A stretch of 64,000 bases of DNA from Antedon mediterranea. Taxonomy: Eukaryota > Animalia > Echinodermata. The notes below the pieces were generated by a model. The model had not been told where the DNA came from. It ran no database searches and saw nothing but the letters and a program-made list of their open reading frames with translations. The position numbers were made by a program, and so were the translations under genes. This document shows, in pieces, positions 51,564 through 62,557 of the stretch; within the stretch, counting starts at the first letter, position 1; every line of letters begins with the position of its first letter. The stretch is from the NCBI RefSeq assembly GCF_964355755.1, contig NC_092673.1, forward strand, positions 26,719,648 to 26,783,647, in the 5' to 3' direction.

Positions 51564-52300
51564 CATAATGCATTGCTTTCTTCAAGAACTTGGTTGGCCC
51601 TCAGCATCTTCACATAATGAGTTCTGGTAAGATGCACTGTTGCCCCATATATAGCTGATTTACCATGGTGAAAAGAATGTTATAAAAAGACTGCATAATC
51701 AAATACACAAGAAAACTAGATCTCACCATCAAATAGTTTATTACTAATAGTGTCCCATAATAACAATACTGTTGTATTATTATTACTGTTTATTCAACTT
51801 CAGTTATGTGATTAACATTTGTTACATTTTTTACACTTGCAATAATTTCTAACTTATTTATAAAAAATGGAAAAATATCACAATAAACTAAATAAATATT
51901 AAGTTTAGTTATCAAGAAAATATACAATTTACACAAAATAAATGCAAAACTTAAAACTGTATATCACATTGAGACAAAATAAATGCAAAACTTAAAACTG
52001 TTATAAAGAAAATATCACATGTACACCAAATGAATGCAAGAAAATATCATTGAATTCAAAATTTTAAAATATTATTTAGTATATCAAATGAATGAAAAAC
52101 TTAAAATGCTTCAAGAAAGTATTCAGGGTATTCACGTTCAACAATCAATTATTGCTGAAAATGTGATTTTACTTAATATTTTATTTAGTCCATTTCATCA
52201 AACAGATACTATATTATTCTATGATTTCATTCATATAACATTAGATTAATTTCATCATAATATATATTTGAGATATTTAATTACTGTATCTGTACACAAT

Positions 52301-54178
52301 TTAATAATTAAATATTTCAATTTTGTTTTCTCCCCATTCTGATATGGCAATCCTGCGTGGGTGACTTGAAATGACACATAACTGATAAAATTCTTTGTTT
52401 TCACTGATTATTTTGATGAATTTTCCATCACTACTAAATAGTTTTACTTTGCCATTACATACTACAAAGATGTTATCATCATCATCAACTACAAATAACC
52501 ATGATGAGTACCACCCAGGAAAATCATCTTCTTCTTCATCTATTAGTACTTTCATTGACTTGTTGTCCTTATCATATAATAGTACTTGATCATTTTCATA
52601 ATCTAGTAGAAGCACTTGACCAGTTTTGGTAAGTGTAACATCACTGTATGTTTGTTGTTGTCCTATTTTCATTAACTCCTCACCACTATTAATGTCAAAT
52701 GTTAAAATGCAACATTCAGTTGTCCAATCTGCTACATACACAACATTTGTTTCCTCATCTACATGGATACCAAATGGGTATTTCAATTTACCTTTGCCGA
52801 TTGATTTGATCATTTTACCATTCATATCACATACTTGAATGCATGTACCAATCCCATGATCACTGAATGCTATTTTGTCATTCTTCATTTTGTACATTCT
52901 GTAAACTTCAACACCTTCTGGTAGTATTATTTTGTTTACATATTTTCCTGATTGTTTGTATTTGTAAATTTCATTTGTCCAACAGGAAATCAGCAAATCA
53001 CCATCATCACATTTGACCAGTCCTGTAGGTCTAACATCAAGGTTAATTTCATTTACCAATCCTTCCTTCTCTACTCTGATACTAATTGGGGATTGGTTGA
53101 TTGGTGTATCATTAATGTGTACATTTAATGTACAGATTCCTTCAGTTGTACATACTCCTCTTATAACATAATTGTCATTGTTATCATCTTCAACAAGAGC
53201 CTTGTTGGTTTCTCCTGAAGGTAGTGTCCATGTTGCTTTCAGTTGATTTGGTAGAATACATGTTTGTGGTTTTCTGATTTTAATTGGTTGACCTTGCGTC
53301 ACTGCTTCTGGTGCTTTAAATGTCAAATAGTCTATAACTTGTGTTACATTTCCTATGTTGTCTTGTTTCAGCAAATCAATTTGATTTCTGTTTTCAAAGA
53401 ACGAAATCTTTCCATTGTCTTGTGGCTTGGTTTCTATAGAATTATCAATTTGATCTTTCAGTGTTGTTAATGCACTTTCACTTAATGTCATAGCAGTTGC
53501 TGGTTCAATCTTTACTAACTCATCAAGAAATTCCTCATTTTCTTTTAATTCAGATTTAATTTCCCGTAATTTCTTCATGTGTCCGTCATTTACAGCTGTA
53601 TAATTTTCATAAATCGCTTGAACCTTTTTTTCCATTTTATCTCCATTTTTCTTGATTATGTTCATCATTTCCCGAACTTCGTGTCTAATACCTTTTAAAC
53701 TTGTTTCTTTACTTTCTTTAAGTTTCTCAGCAATCATGTTACCAGATTGTATTCCATAGTTTAGTTTGTTTGTGTATTTATCAGCAGCTCTTTGTAACTC
53801 TTTTGCCGTCTCTTTAAATATATTGAATGCTTTTACAATATCAATTGGTTTATGGTCTGCTGTTGCCTGGTGCTCTGTTATTGAACAATTTATGCATATT
53901 GGCACTTTACATGTTGTACAGTACATCTCTAGTGGCTTATCATGAGTAGAGCAAATGGCTGGTTTTAATAATGCAAATTGCTGTGGCGTCATTGACTGCA
54001 CTTCTTCTGCTGAGAGTAGAGTATGTTTTTTTAAAATTTTCAGCATTTTGTGATGGTTGCTACAGTTGTGGCACAAGTAATGTTCACATTCCTGGCAGTA
54101 ATGTTCAACCTCTTTAGTTTCACAAATACATTTCACTTCTGGTTTCTTTGCCAATTCTGGATTGTTAGCTGTCGCCAT
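52301..54178 (-). CDS. RING-less TRIM-NHL-like protein (B-box1, B-box2, coiled coil, filamin-like, NHL beta-propeller), 625 aa
   Basis: Single coding exon. CICETKEVEHYCQECEHYLCHNC..H is B-box1 and CSTHDKPLEMYCTTCKVPICINC...H is B-box2, followed by a heptad region, a filamin-like VEDDNNDNYVI..G...LNVHIN..PI.QSP segment and NHL-type PFGIHVD..VYVAD repeats. Acceptor CAG|G immediately precedes the ATG; upstream UTR donor near 54330. Confidence 0.9.
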   Translation of the reverse strand: MATANNPELAKKPEVKCICETKEVEHYCQECEHYLCHNCSNHHKMLKILKKHTLLSAEEVQSMTPQQFALLKPAICSTHDKPLEMYCTTCKVPICINCSITEHQATADHKPIDIVKAFNIFKETAKELQRAADKYTNKLNYGIQSGNMIAEKLKESKETSLKGIRHEVREMMNIIKKNGDKMEKKVQAIYENYTAVNDGHMKKLREIKSELKENEEFLDELVKIEPATAMTLSESALTTLKDQIDNSIETKPQDNGKISFFENRNQIDLLKQDNIGNVTQVIDYLTFKAPEAVTQGQPIKIRKPQTCILPNQLKATWTLPSGETNKALVEDDNNDNYVIRGVCTTEGICTLNVHINDTPINQSPISIRVEKEGLVNEINLDVRPTGLVKCDDGDLLISCWTNEIYKYKQSGKYVNKIILPEGVEVYRMYKMKNDKIAFSDHGIGTCIQVCDMNGKMIKSIGKGKLKYPFGIHVDEETNVVYVADWTTECCILTFDINSGEELMKIGQQQTYSDVTLTKTGQVLLLDYENDQVLLYDKDNKSMKVLIDEEEDDFPGWYSSWLFVVDDDDNIFVVCNGKVKLFSSDGKFIKIISENKEFYQLCVISSHPRRIAISEWGENKIEIFNY

Positions 54179-55378
54179 CCTGTAATTAGTAAAATATAAT
54201 TTTTGTTTTATTTGGTGATTATATTTTTAATGCTGATACTAATCTTCTATACTGGATTGTGATTATCAGTAATTGTTATAATATCGTGTCCATTAATTCC
54301 TATTGTATAAAAATTAGTGTTAAAATTTACCTGGAAAAATCTGGTACTGCAGAGCTTTTGTGTTACGTGCTGATGTGGCCGTTTCAAAATCAAAAGTGAG
54401 GTATTCTTTAATCGCGTCATGGGAAGTAGTTAGTATGGGTAAATCATTTACTGTATGTCAAATAAAGAACAATGTCAAAAGATAAAAGCCTGGATACTAA
54501 AGATTGTTAAAAAATGTGATCACTACATTTATTTACTTTTATATAACAACCATGGCACACTATCTTGCTGGTTTTTATTCTTTTTGAGCTCAACTGTTTT
54601 ACAAATATGGTAAAATGAACATCATCAGGGTTTTATTCCCTCATGCAAGCAAATGTATGTCAGCTTTGATAATTTATGCTTTGTCAGTCATTTAGATAGC
54701 ATAGTCTCAAGTCCAAAGCATCTACTAAAAGTCAGTGTACTGTAGATATTTTTAATGCGAGTCAAGTTAGATAATCTTCTATATTTTCATAACTAATTTT
54801 TAACTTTATTCACATCATACAAACAGTACAATATGTAAAAAAGGAGCAAAAAAATAGCTTTCACTAATCGAGGATTGACTCCTATCACGAACAAATGTCA
54901 TTGCTGTCCAAAATTTTTTATTGCCCAACATTTGTCAACTTACCATACATTTTACAATCAAATAGTTCTTTAAAAATGTTTAAATATAAACAAAAGTGAT
55001 ATTTATTTTATTTGTGTATTTTTCACTGATTACATTGTTTTTTTTACACTTCATTAAAAAGTTATATTATAAATTGAAATTTACTTAAAAAGTAAGTTAT
55101 ACAGGAGTTCATTACATCACTCAGTTGAAGAAAGCTTAAAACTGCAAATCATTAATTATTTATACTTAAAACTTGATCCACAATTGTTTTAACATGTTGC
55201 ATGAAGTAAATTGTAGCTTGTCTTCTTATGTAAACATGTTCTAGCAATTTCTGCTTTAAACAATGTTTTGCAATTATTATGCTGAAAATGTAGTTTTACT
55301 TATTTTTAGGCTTTCCTAGTGATTTATATTAGATTTATTTCAAGATGAATTTGTGAATTTAATAATTTGTAAAATTAT

Positions 55379-56678
55379 TTAATAATTTACTATTTTGATA
55401 TTCTTATCATATACATCAGAAATGGCAATCCTGCGTGGGTGACTTGATATGACACATAGATGTAGTGGATCAGATCTACTGATTCTCTTGATGAATTGTC
55501 CATCACTATTAAATAGTTGTAGTTGGTTGTTACTTGATACAATGATGTTATCCTCATCATCAACTACTATTGAACGTGGCCAGAACACCTCACCATCTTT
55601 ATATCCTGTATCCATTAGTACTTTAAATGAATTGTTCTCCTTATCGTATACAAATATTCGATTATTCACCAAATCTAGCAGAAGAGCTTTTCCAGTTTTT
55701 GTAAGTGTAACATCAGAGTATTCATATTTACCTCTATTTTGTTGTTCTATCTTCATTAACTCCTCACCACTATTAATGTCAAATATGAAAATGCAACATT
55801 CAGTTGAGTCTGCCACATACACAACATTTGTTTCCTCATCTACATGGATACCAAGTGGATCTGTCAATTTACCTTTGCCAATTGATTTGATCATTTTACC
55901 ATTCATATCACATACTTGAATACATTTATTACCCCAATCAATAAATGCTATTTTGTCATTCTTCATTTTGTACATTCTGTAAACTCTCACACCTTTTGGT
56001 AGTATTATCTTGTTTACATATTTTCCTGATTGTTTGTATTTGTGAATTTCATTTGTCCAACAGGAAATCAGCAAATCACCATCATCACACTTGACCAGTC
56101 CTCTAGGTTTGACCTCAAGTTGAATTTCATTTACCAATCCTTCCTTCTCTACTTTGATATTAATTGGTGATTGGCTGATTTGTGTATCATTGATGTGTAC
56201 ATTTAATGTACAGATTCCTTTAGTTAGACATACTCCTCTTATAACATAATTGCCATTGTTATCATCCTCAACAAGAGGATTGTTTGTTTCTCCTGAAGGT
56301 AGTGTCCATGTTGCTTTCAGTTGATTTGGTAGAATACATGTTTGTGGTTTGCTGATTTTGACAAAAATTGGTTGACCTTGATTCACTGCTTCTGGTGCTG
56401 TAACTTTCAGATATTCTACATTTCCAATCTTATTTTGTGGCGTCATTAACTGCATTTCTTCTGCTGAGAGTAGAGTATGTTTTTCATTCATGGGAAACAT
56501 TTTATGATTGTTGCTACAGGTGCGACACAAGTAATGTTCACATTCCTGGCAGTTATAGTGTTCTACCTGTTCTTTAGTTTCACAAATACATTTTATTGTG
56601 ACTTTATTTTCAATTTCTGGATGTCTAACTAAGATCCATAATATGTTCCTTCTCGCCTATATCTGTCTCTGTCGCCAT
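55379..56678 (-). pseudogene. Disrupted TRIM-NHL paralog (5' frameshift plus in-frame loss of B-box2/coiled coil)
   Basis: The ATG homologous to the paralogs (56678) reaches TAG at codon 18; B-box1 is in another frame with no upstream ATG. MTPQ joins directly to NKIGNV, so ~200 aa are missing relative to the paralogs. The filamin+NHL frame stays open to 55379. Confidence 0.75.
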
Positions 56679-58229
56679 CCTGCAATAATAATCAGTATAA
56701 TTATTATTTTTTGCTTGTTGTTTAACATTTGGTTGTAGTTTTAGGAGTGAGTGTAATGATGTTATTAACACTGACCATGTCTTTGATGGGATTTGGCAAA
56801 GTTGGAAGATAACTTAGTATAGATCGGCTGATAACGTGATGACGTTGATTGTGAACAAAAGGAAGATGGTAGTACAAACCCAATGGAAAGAACAATGCGA
56901 ATAAAGAAGTAAAAATATTCATTGATTCCTTTTGTATAGTATTTTAATTTGACCCTTATAGATTGAAGTAGAAATTTACCAACTTTATAAACCGATCATA
57001 ACTCTTATTCTCAAATTATAATCACTTCTGCAACTTGATTTATAGAACTTGTTATATGGTAATCCTATATTGTACAAAATGAGTATTATAAATTTACCTT
57101 TACAATCTTGTACTCCTGAGGTTTTGTGTTACATGCTGACGGGCCTTTGAAATCAAAAGTTGAATATTCTTATTACTGTAAGGTACAGTAGTTAAATCAT
57201 TTACTGTAGTTAGTCAATAAAGAGTAATCTCAAAGTGTGGATACTAAGATTTTATCGCTGGATTTATTTACTTTAACCAAACAGCCATGTCTATGCTATC
57301 TTGCTTGTTTTTAATCTTTTGAAGCATTTACAATATGCTGTAAATGAACAGCGCCACATAATTGTCAGGCCACTAATTTGCCCTCATGTAACAAATGTAT
57401 AGATTAGTTATTTTTCACCTTTGTCACACCCACTAAATAAGCATAGTCCAAAGCATTTTAATGCTTAAAACTGTATTATTTTTTATTATCTCTACAAGTG
57501 TAGCATAATCATAATGTTATACAAAGATATACAGTACTAAATTACACAACAAACTACATTCTACCATCAAATAGTTTATTACGATAGTGTCGAAGCAATA
57601 TCCTGAATGTACTATTTATCAATTTCAGTTGCTTGATTATTGTTTTTTACAACTCAAGTTTAATTAATTTTATAAAAAATAAATTTAAAAAGTGCTGAAC
57701 AAAATATTTTGCAATTTTTCAGTACTACTAATCTTTTTGAGAAAGTATTAGATTATTAATATGCTATAAAAACCCTAAGTACTTGTTGTCTCTTAAACCT
57801 ACAGTGGTCTACATATCATATATCAATTTATTTTAAAATAAAATATAAATTTGTTTCACGGCAAATATAAACTTTTAAAATGCATTTATAAATTCTCACT
57901 GCAATATCAATTCGGTTCACAGCAATATGAGCTTAAAACTGTTATCAAGAAAATATTCTGTTTGTTTTTTCAAATAGACTCTTATTATTTACTCGTAGAT
58001 AAAGTAGGATCCAAATGAATTTATTTCAAGTGATACAATATTGTAGTAAAAGTATCTACAAAAGTATCTAAAATACTGTAACCTAAAATTAACTTGTCTT
58101 TTGGGTAACCTTTTTTTTGTGATAAAATTGTGCTTCATTTATACTTCATTTTAGGTTGTTTCAGGGTCATTGATACTGCTTGTTATTTATTCTTTTCTCT
58201 ATAATTGTGGAAATTAACGAATCTGAATA

Positions 58230-60122
58230 TTAATAATTAAACAGTTTGACTGTATTATCATATAAATCTGATATGGCAATCCTGCGTGGGTGACTTGAAA
58301 TGATGCACAACTGATATGCATTAATAGTTCCACTTATTTTTTCGATGAATTGTCCATCACTACTAAATAGTTGTAGTTTGTGTTCACTTGATACAATGAT
58401 ATTATCATCATCATCAACTACAACTGCATATGGCTCCATCACCTTACCATCTTCATATCCTTTATCTATTAATACTTTAGTTGAATTGTTCTCCTTATAT
58501 ATTAATGCTTGATCAGTTATCAAATTTAGTAGAAGCACTTCACCAGTTCTTGTAAGTGTAACATCATTGTATCCAACTTGACCTTGTTGTCCTATCATCA
58601 ACTCTTTACCAGTAGCAATGTCAAATTTAAACAGACCATATCCAGCTTTGTCATCTGCTACATACACAACCTGTTCTACCTCATCTACATGAATACCATT
58701 GGGTGTTTTCAATTTACCATTGCCAATTGATTTGATCACTTCACCATTCAAATCAAAAACTTGAATGCATTTATTACCAGCATCACTGAATGCTATTTTG
58801 TCATTCTTCATTTTGTACATTCTGTTAACTCTCACACCTTCTGATAGTATTATCTTGTTTACATAATTTCCCGATTGTTTGTATTTGTAAATTTCATTTG
58901 TCTGACAGGAAACCAGCAAATCACCATCATCACACTCTATTATTCCTGAAGGACAGCACTCAAGTTTAATTTCATTTTCCATTTTTACAAGTCCTTCTTC
59001 CTTAACTTTGATATTAATTGGTGATTGGCTGATTGGTGTACCGTTGATGCATACATTTAATGTACAGATTCCTTCAGTTGTACATACTCCTCTTATAACA
59101 TAATTGTCATTGTTATCATCTTCAACAAGAGCATTGTTTGTTTCTCCTGAAGGTAGTGTCCATGTTGCTTTCAGTTGATTTGGTAGAATACATGTTTGTG
59201 GTTTGCAGATTTTTATAACAATTTGTTGACCTTCAGTGACTGCTACTGGTCCTGAAATTGTTATATTGTCTAGAAATATATTTCCTATGTTGTCTTGTTT
59301 CAGCAAATCAATTTGATTTCTGTTTTCAAAGAATGAAATATGTCCATTATCATGCGGCTCAATTTCTATAAAATTATTAATTTGATCTTTCAGTGCTTTT
59401 AATGCACTTTCACTTAATGTCATAGCAGTTGCTGGCTCACTCTTTACTAACTGATTAAGAAATTCCTCATTTTCATTTAAATCGGATTCAATTTCTCTTA
59501 GTTTCTTTATGTGGTCATCATTTATAGCTGTATATTTTTCATGAAGCTCTTCAACTTTATTGTTCAGTTTATCTTTATTTTTCCTAATTATTTTTTCCAT
59601 TTCCTGAACTTGGTTCTCAATATCTTTTAAACTTGTTTCTTTACTTTCTGTGAGTTTGTTGGCAATCCTGATACATGATTCTATACCATGATATAATTTA
59701 TCTCTGTCTTTATCAGCAGTTTTCTGTAACTTTACTGCAGTTTCCTTAAATGTTTGGAATGCATCTGCAATATCAATTGAGTCATGATCCGTTCCCTTGT
59801 GATCTTTTACTGAACAAATATTACATATTGGCACTTTACATGTTGTACAGTACATCTCTAGTGGCTTATTATGAGTAAAACAAATGGCTGTTTTTAATAA
59901 TGCAAATTGCTGTGGTGTAATTGACTGCACTTCGTCTGCTGAGAGTAGAGTATGTTTTTTGGTTATTGGAAGTAGTTTATGATGGTTGCTACAGGTGTGG
60001 CACAAGTAAAGTTCACATTCCTGGCAGTAATGTTCAACCTCTTCTTTAGTTTTACAAATACATTTCATCTCAATTTTCTTAAGGTCCATATTTTTCTTAT
60101 CTATATCTTTACTTGTAGCCAT
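58230..60122 (-). CDS. RING-less TRIM-NHL-like protein, 630 aa
   Basis: Same architecture as 52301-54178 with long near-identical stretches. The true start is MATSKD at 60122, preceded by acceptor TAG|G as in the paralogs, not 60158. Confidence 0.9.
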   Translation of the reverse strand: MATSKDIDKKNMDLKKIEMKCICKTKEEVEHYCQECELYLCHTCSNHHKLLPITKKHTLLSADEVQSITPQQFALLKTAICFTHNKPLEMYCTTCKVPICNICSVKDHKGTDHDSIDIADAFQTFKETAVKLQKTADKDRDKLYHGIESCIRIANKLTESKETSLKDIENQVQEMEKIIRKNKDKLNNKVEELHEKYTAINDDHIKKLREIESDLNENEEFLNQLVKSEPATAMTLSESALKALKDQINNFIEIEPHDNGHISFFENRNQIDLLKQDNIGNIFLDNITISGPVAVTEGQQIVIKICKPQTCILPNQLKATWTLPSGETNNALVEDDNNDNYVIRGVCTTEGICTLNVCINGTPISQSPINIKVKEEGLVKMENEIKLECCPSGIIECDDGDLLVSCQTNEIYKYKQSGNYVNKIILSEGVRVNRMYKMKNDKIAFSDAGNKCIQVFDLNGEVIKSIGNGKLKTPNGIHVDEVEQVVYVADDKAGYGLFKFDIATGKELMIGQQGQVGYNDVTLTRTGEVLLLNLITDQALIYKENNSTKVLIDKGYEDGKVMEPYAVVVDDDDNIIVSSEHKLQLFSSDGQFIEKISGTINAYQLCIISSHPRRIAISDLYDNTVKLFNY

Positions 60123-62017
60123 CCTACAATAACAATTAATATATAATAAATTATACAATAATGAATGTTTATGAGTGTGGTAAAAATAATTTCATGGGGT
60201 GAAAGAGGTAAAGCCAAGTGAAAATAGAATATTTCATCTTTCACCAAATGAGATTTTTGTGTTTTTTCTGATAATGCTTGTACCGAAAACTCTAAATTCC
60301 TATTGTAAAAATTAAATATCTTTACCTTGATCAATCTTGCATTGAAGATCTTCTGTTAATTGCTGACTTGACTGATACAAAATAAAAAATGGGAGGTTTT
60401 TAAGAAACACTGTCATTTTACTGACAATAAAAATAATCTCAACAGATATAAATTGTGGGTACTAAAGTAATTATTGATTATTTTACAACTATACCTATTT
60501 ACTTTTTATAACAGCCATGACACATGAATTTTGAGTGTTCTCCAAATATGTGATAGAATGAATAGCAATAAAAGAACATCAGTGCTTGAGATACTTTATG
60601 TTTAATTTATGGCCTCATTTTAGATAGAATTTTTATATACTTGTTTGTAACAATTATGCCGGCCAATTTTGATTCCTTTGAAGCTACAATTATTAAAAAA
60701 ATTATTATAAAATAAAGATAAAATTAATATACCTATAAAAGAGCCTTAAAAGGGTCTTTTTCCTTCCTAAGTAAATATATGCCTTTGTTACTTACTTTGT
60801 TAATGTCATAGATAGCAAAAATAATAACTTGCAATTATTTATGCTACCAGTAATCTAAACCTGGACAACCAGAAGGGTTTTTATAACAAATGTTATCAAC
60901 TACATGCTAACATCACATTTAATGCCATTTGGATATTTAATTTTTCGTTTTATGCAATTTGTTTAGTATGTAGTTGTAAGTGGTGTACCATGAGTTCACT
61001 GTCGGTTGGGAAATGAAATAAATAAAAAACTGCAAAATAGACAGTTCACATCAACTACCGGAGCCTAATTGTTGTTAACATGTGTTCATGAAGGATAGTC
61101 TATTAATATTACGATATTTAACTTGTTTCTTGTAGAAAATATAAAGATTAATTAAATTTAACATTGTAGCCTATTAATAACATGTATTTTATAGTAATTT
61201 ATCATAAAAACATTATGTACTTGATTTACCGGGCGTAGATCAATATGCGGCAATGGCAAAAATATAGTTAATTTTTGTTGTTTACAGTATGTTATGCCTT
61301 TCTTTGTGAACTAATTTAGCATGGTGGTGTAATTATTTTGAATGGAAAAGTGAATGTACACTACTTTGTTTTAAATATTTTCTATGAAAGTTATATAATT
61401 GAAAATAAGAAATATTAGTATAATCTATTTAAATCAAGTCTTCTTTTGTCTGTATACTCATGTGAGGGCAGGCATGTACAGTATGCTGTTATAAGTGCTA
61501 CAAAATTTCCAATGCAAAAATTACGGATTGCTCATTCTTCTGATATATATTCTTTGATTGTTTTCATATGTCTAATTTCTTGTTAAATTTAACTAATCAA
61601 ATTTAATTTTTACTTTTTGTAATTATAATGACAATAAATACCATCATATCATATTATCCATCACTTCCTTGTCATTATCATCTTGTAAATCATCATCACA
61701 ATTAAATCATATAATCTTTCTTTTTACACTTTCTTCTGTTTTTCTCTCCCTACCCATTCTATAATATTTTATGAATAATTTACCTTCACTTCGTTCACAT
61801 TGTTGACTTCTTGATGATGTAATCTCTATGTTGTCCTTCCCACTATTGAGAGTTAATAAATAATCAATACATTATCAACTTGTATAGTATATAAACAATG
61901 ATTGAAATTATAAATCAATTGTATCATTTAAATTAAATTACCATCATGTAAAATTTTAAATGAAAGATATGAATAATTACATTACAATTAATTTCTGAAT
62001 AGTTTGAATTAAGAAGA

Positions 62018-62557
62018 TTAAATACCCTTATCAAGTAATGTGTTTTTTGCTCTTGTTCCAAGACAATCTGCAAACCTTTTTATTTTGTCTGGATCATCTG
62101 CTAATTCTTCCTCAATCTCCAGATGGAGAACTGCATCCCACAAATTGGAGAAGTTATAGTTTCTTAACTTGTAGAAAGACATAACATTACTGGATGCATT
62201 TGGGTGAACATTTTTCAGAGTCTTAAACAGTCTCTTTCTGTAGAACGACAACTCAGTTTTACCAGTATGTCTAGACTGAACATTGTTGTCTCTCATATAT
62301 TTTGAAACAAGATCTTCAGCTCTCTTGATTTCTGATAGCTTTGTAATCTCTAACAACACGTTAACATTGGTCGGTGAAATTAAACATTTGTCTTCAAGTT
62401 CATTGAGCAAGTCATTTACAATTACATCGAAATGTGTATTTGTAATTTCACTGACATTCAATAGATCAAATAATAGGAATCTTAGCCAATGGTATCTTTC
62501 CCCGTCAAAGCATCTACTAAGATCAGCTTTTAGACTTTGGAAATTATAATCTGCCAT
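62018..62557 (-). CDS. Tandem death-effector-domain (DED-like) protein or first coding exon; 3' part apparently decayed
   Basis: F..LKADLS....LRFLL.D..DLLNELEDKCLISPTNVNVLLEI is a DED-type pattern, followed by a second helical repeat (LSFYRKRLFKTL...LWDAVLHLE). Acceptor TTTGCAG 11 nt before the ATG. Donor AAGG|GTATTT at 62026; unspliced stop at 62018. Confidence 0.65.
   Translation of the reverse strand: MADYNFQSLKADLSRCFDGERYHWLRFLLFDLLNVSEITNTHFDVIVNDLLNELEDKCLISPTNVNVLLEITKLSEIKRAEDLVSKYMRDNNVQSRHTGKTELSFYRKRLFKTLKNVHPNASSNVMSFYKLRNYNFSNLWDAVLHLEIEEELADDPDKIKRFADCLGTRAKNTLLDKGI

Noticed and set aside
52395-55919. Plus-strand ORFs opposite the TRIM genes
   Set aside because: Antisense shadows of the real minus-strand ORFs.
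60122-62557. DED-TRIM fusion protein by splicing
   Set aside because: The DED exon ends in phase 1 while the TRIM acceptor (G|ATG context) needs phase 2, and the intervening 59-nt exon-like block introduces a stop.
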